Source of the DNA: Tubulanus polymorphus
Lineage: Eukaryota; Animalia; Nemertea
Assembly: GCF_964204645.1 (NCBI RefSeq)
Contig: NC_134028.1
Span: forward strand, 11,951,263-12,015,262
Reading direction: 5' to 3'
DNA length: 64,000 nt
In this document: piece after piece, positions 60,865-64,000 of the stretch
Layout: each line of letters starts with the position of its first letter
Position numbering within the stretch: the first letter of the stretch is position 1
The notes under the pieces: generated by a model
What the model saw: the letters and a program-made list of their open reading frames with translations, nothing else
What the model was told of the DNA's origin: nothing
The model's database searches: none
Position numbers and translations under genes: made by a program

Positions 60865-63590
60865 AAAGCAGCGTTAATGGGTTTTTCTGCATAGCCTTGT
60901 TTGTATTCTTGATCTTGTCTGGATACTGTGTCTACCATGATTGCATGTATGCTGATGCAGCGGCACCATGCTATTGAAAATGAAAGGAATTTAGAGTCCT
61001 GTTCAACGGTCAATACGGTTTTATAAAAGGAAGGTCTTCAAACCGTCATTTAGGCCTGCTTGAAACCATGGATGACTGGACAAGTTGGATATTTGACTCT
61101 TGCAAATTGACTGTTAGGCCTTAATTGGTCTTTATGGTTTTCCGAAAAAGCATTTGATAAGGTACTACTTCAGCGATCACTACACAAGCTATTAGGAAAC
61201 GGTATCCATGATAGGTCGCTTAAATGGCTCCGAATGAAAACATGAGGCTGAAATCAACGGAATAATCTAATCTTGGAAATAAGTAGGTCTAACTCGAGTC
61301 ACGCAAGGTAGTATCATAAGTGGTCTCCTCTTCACTGTCCTGATGAGTGATATAGAGAGTAATCTAAAATGTAAAGGACCGAGTAAATTTCCAAAACGAC
61401 CCAAACAAGCTGTGTTCTGTTCATGGTCAGAAACATGGAAGATGAGCTTCAACCTGAAAAAGGCATAATATTGGATACAAGGAAAACCCAGGTTCATATT
61501 ATACCTTTTTGTTCCAGTGTGAAGAATACTTTGTTCGATGGAAGATAACTCATTATCACGAAATGAGTATTTGGTTCCACAAACAATTTTTTCTTTGGAA
61601 TGAAAGATGCTTCGATCGACTAATATACTTGTTTGAACGAAAAACTTAATTTTCTGACAAGAACATTTTGTTCGAATGAAAACAATTCTGTTCGATTGAA
61701 CAATATACTTTGTTGGAACGAAACGCTATGTTATTTTGTCTCAGCGGTACACTTATGATTAATCGTAGTAAATATACGGTAAATTTGGTAAGAAAAAAGA
61801 AAACTAGGATGAGGCAAAGCCTCGAATGCCTCCGGCCTGAAATCCACTGCAACGCGAAGTTACAGGGTTTATGGTAAATGCGTTAGAAATATCATGGCCA
61901 CAATTATCTTTATAAGAATGATATTAGAGAACATGTGTACAAAGTGTAAATAATTCATCCACAGTTGCAGCCTCTAGGATGTTTTCCCCTTATGGCCATA
62001 ATTTGAATTGGTCAACAATTGCAGCCTCTAGTAATAATTTGAAAACGACCCGATTTTAAATAGGGTTCTCACGCAAGGGATATCCTACTTGTGTACCAAG
62101 TTTGAAGTTAATCGGTCAACAATTCCTGCCACTAGGCTATTAATGGAGTTTTTCATGTCGGCCCCCTGGTGGGAATTATTCGAATCAAATTGACCCAATT
62201 TTAAATTGGATTCGGGGCGACGTGATACCCTACTTGTGTACCTAGTTTGAAATGAATCGGTCACCAATTGCAGCCTCTAGGCTGTTAACATCGTTGTTCA
62301 TGTTGGCACCCTGGTTGCCAGAATTTGAATCGAATCAACCCAATTTTATCAGGCTTTTGGCCCAAGCGTTATCCTACTTGTGTACCAAATTTAAAATGAG
62401 TGGGTCAGCAATTGCGGCTTTTAGCCTGTTAACGTTGTTTTTCGAGTCGGCCCCCTGGTTGCCAGAATTTGAATCGAATCAACCCAATGTTAAATAGGGT
62501 TCTGGTCCAAGTGTTATCCTACTTGTGTACCAAGTTTGAAAACAATCGGTCAACAATTGCGGCCTCTAGGAAGTTAACGTCACATTCAGCGGTGGCGACA
62601 TATTCAGACAGAGGTAAATCTATATGCCCCCTCTCAACTTAAGTTGAGCCAGGGGCATAAAAAACGGTCAATAATTACGGCCTCTAGACTGTTAACATTA
62701 TTTTTTATGTCGGCCCCCTGGTGGCCATTATTTGAATCGAATCGACCCAATTTTAAATAGGGTTCTGGCCCAGGTAATATCCAACATGGTACCAAGTTTG
62801 AAATGAATCGGTCACCAATTGCGGCCTCTAGGCTGTTAATGTCGCTTTTCATGTCAGCCCCTTGGTGCTTGAGGCGGCGGCGTACTCAGGCAGGGGTAAA
62901 TCTATATGCCCCTCTCAACTTAAGTTGAGCTGGGGGCACAAATATGATATTGTTCAACTAACTGTTTGAAGCTCCCGGCCAAATCAGTGGGAGTAATGAA
63001 TTTATTTGTACTTGATTTCATTCTCATGGCGAGGAGACACTCGCAGCAGATCCCCGGCACAACGATGTAGAAATACACGTCGATTCATTGATGTTTACAG
63101 CTTGACATTGCTTTTAAAATATAAAGTAGTGAATATTCTGTGGATCGGTAATATGTACGGATGAAGAATGGGTTATTGCTTAAGTTACTCTTTGAAGGCT
63201 GTGGCCGAGAAAACTTTTCGTTCTGACAAAAAATTTGTTGAGCGAAACTAATTTTGGTCGAACAATAGTTCGAATGAAAACAATTCTTTTCGATCGAACA
63301 ACATGCATTTAGTTTGAATGAAAAACATTTCGAATTTTCCCAAAAAAAAGTTTCCTTCGAAACAAATCAATTTTGTTCGATCGAATAAAATTTTTTTTCA
63401 GTTCGAACGAAAAACATTTTTTTCTGGCAAAAAATTTGTTCGAACGAAAAAGATGTTCAAATGATAAAGAGATCTTATCATCCAGGGCTCCATAGTAACT
63501 AAAGTCATTAGGAATTTTTAAAATACCAGTTTCATTAATGATGAAAAAACTCAAATGAAATCTCTGGTTTATGAAGCTGCCTCCTCAGAC
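60865..63590 (+). repeat. Second copy of the composite CR1-fragment/TTCGAA repeat, split by nested elements
   Basis: Inverted homology to 16830-18185 at 60865-61740 and 63200-63590. Confidence 0.72.
61800..62942 (+). mobile_element. Helentron/HINE-like element with ~145-bp tandem repeats and a duplicated 3' hairpin
   Basis: 5' gaggcaaagcctc hairpin. cctacttgtgtacc units at ~62082, 62228, 62371, 62516. Palindrome CTCAACTTAAGTTGAG inside gcccc..ggggc at 62621-62660 and 62903-62942. Confidence 0.7.
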
Positions 63591-64000
63591 GAATGCTAAC
63601 AGCTTTAAAAAAAAATCTTCATTTTAACCAATGTAGGCCTACATATGCGTGTAGGCCTTGTAGGCCTACATATATACGTAGACCTCTGGACAGAGGAGGC
63701 TTAGGCGTATTGCCCTTTAACCATCTTAAACATCCTATTCCTACACCTTCACATTCCTACAGGGTTAGGTCTCATGGTGTATTCGGTTTGTAAATTCAAT
63801 TTGATTTTCGGATGAAGAAACCAATCTTTTATACTATGTGTCTCGTAGTACAAATTTTGTTTGAAGTTCAATCAATGTGTCCGTAAATAAACACAACAAT
63901 TTTACTGTGTTTGTTTGAAACACAAAGCACGTGGGCCTAACACAAAGCATCTGGTACAACTTAATAAACACTTCAAGCAGCTGAGATCAGGGGCGGATCC

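Noticed and set aside
59507-64000. Next upstream KATNIP exon (expected to end ...RTLDK)
   Set aside because: No matching peptide with splice sites was found by eye. It probably lies beyond the window.

Overview
AT-rich eukaryotic genomic DNA, probably from a marine invertebrate (inferred from its repeat content). One host gene spans the window on the minus strand: the last nine coding exons of a KATNIP/KIAA0556 (DUF4457, ciliary katanin-interacting protein) orthologue. These give 1,075 coding nt over 5484-59506, all phase-compatible, and include one U12-type (minor spliceosome) GT-AG intron. The introns and the downstream flank are filled with mobile DNA. The most notable is a decayed endogenous Polinton/Maverick-like virus (integrase, packaging ATPase, major and minor capsid genes, uncharacterised ORFs) inside a 15.4-kb intron. 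Also present: three Gypsy LTR retrotransposon remnants (one with an extra SGNH-hydrolase-like ORF), a DIRS-type retrotransposon, two Penelope-like elements with hammerhead ribozyme motifs, CR1/L2 LINE fragments, a CORE-type tRNA SINE, Helentron-like satellite-bearing elements, and MULE-, Harbinger-, Tc/mariner-, Kolobok- and EnSpm-like non-autonomous DNA transposons. No rRNA, genuine tRNA or CRISPR array was found. All family assignments come from motif recognition by eye; no database searches were run.
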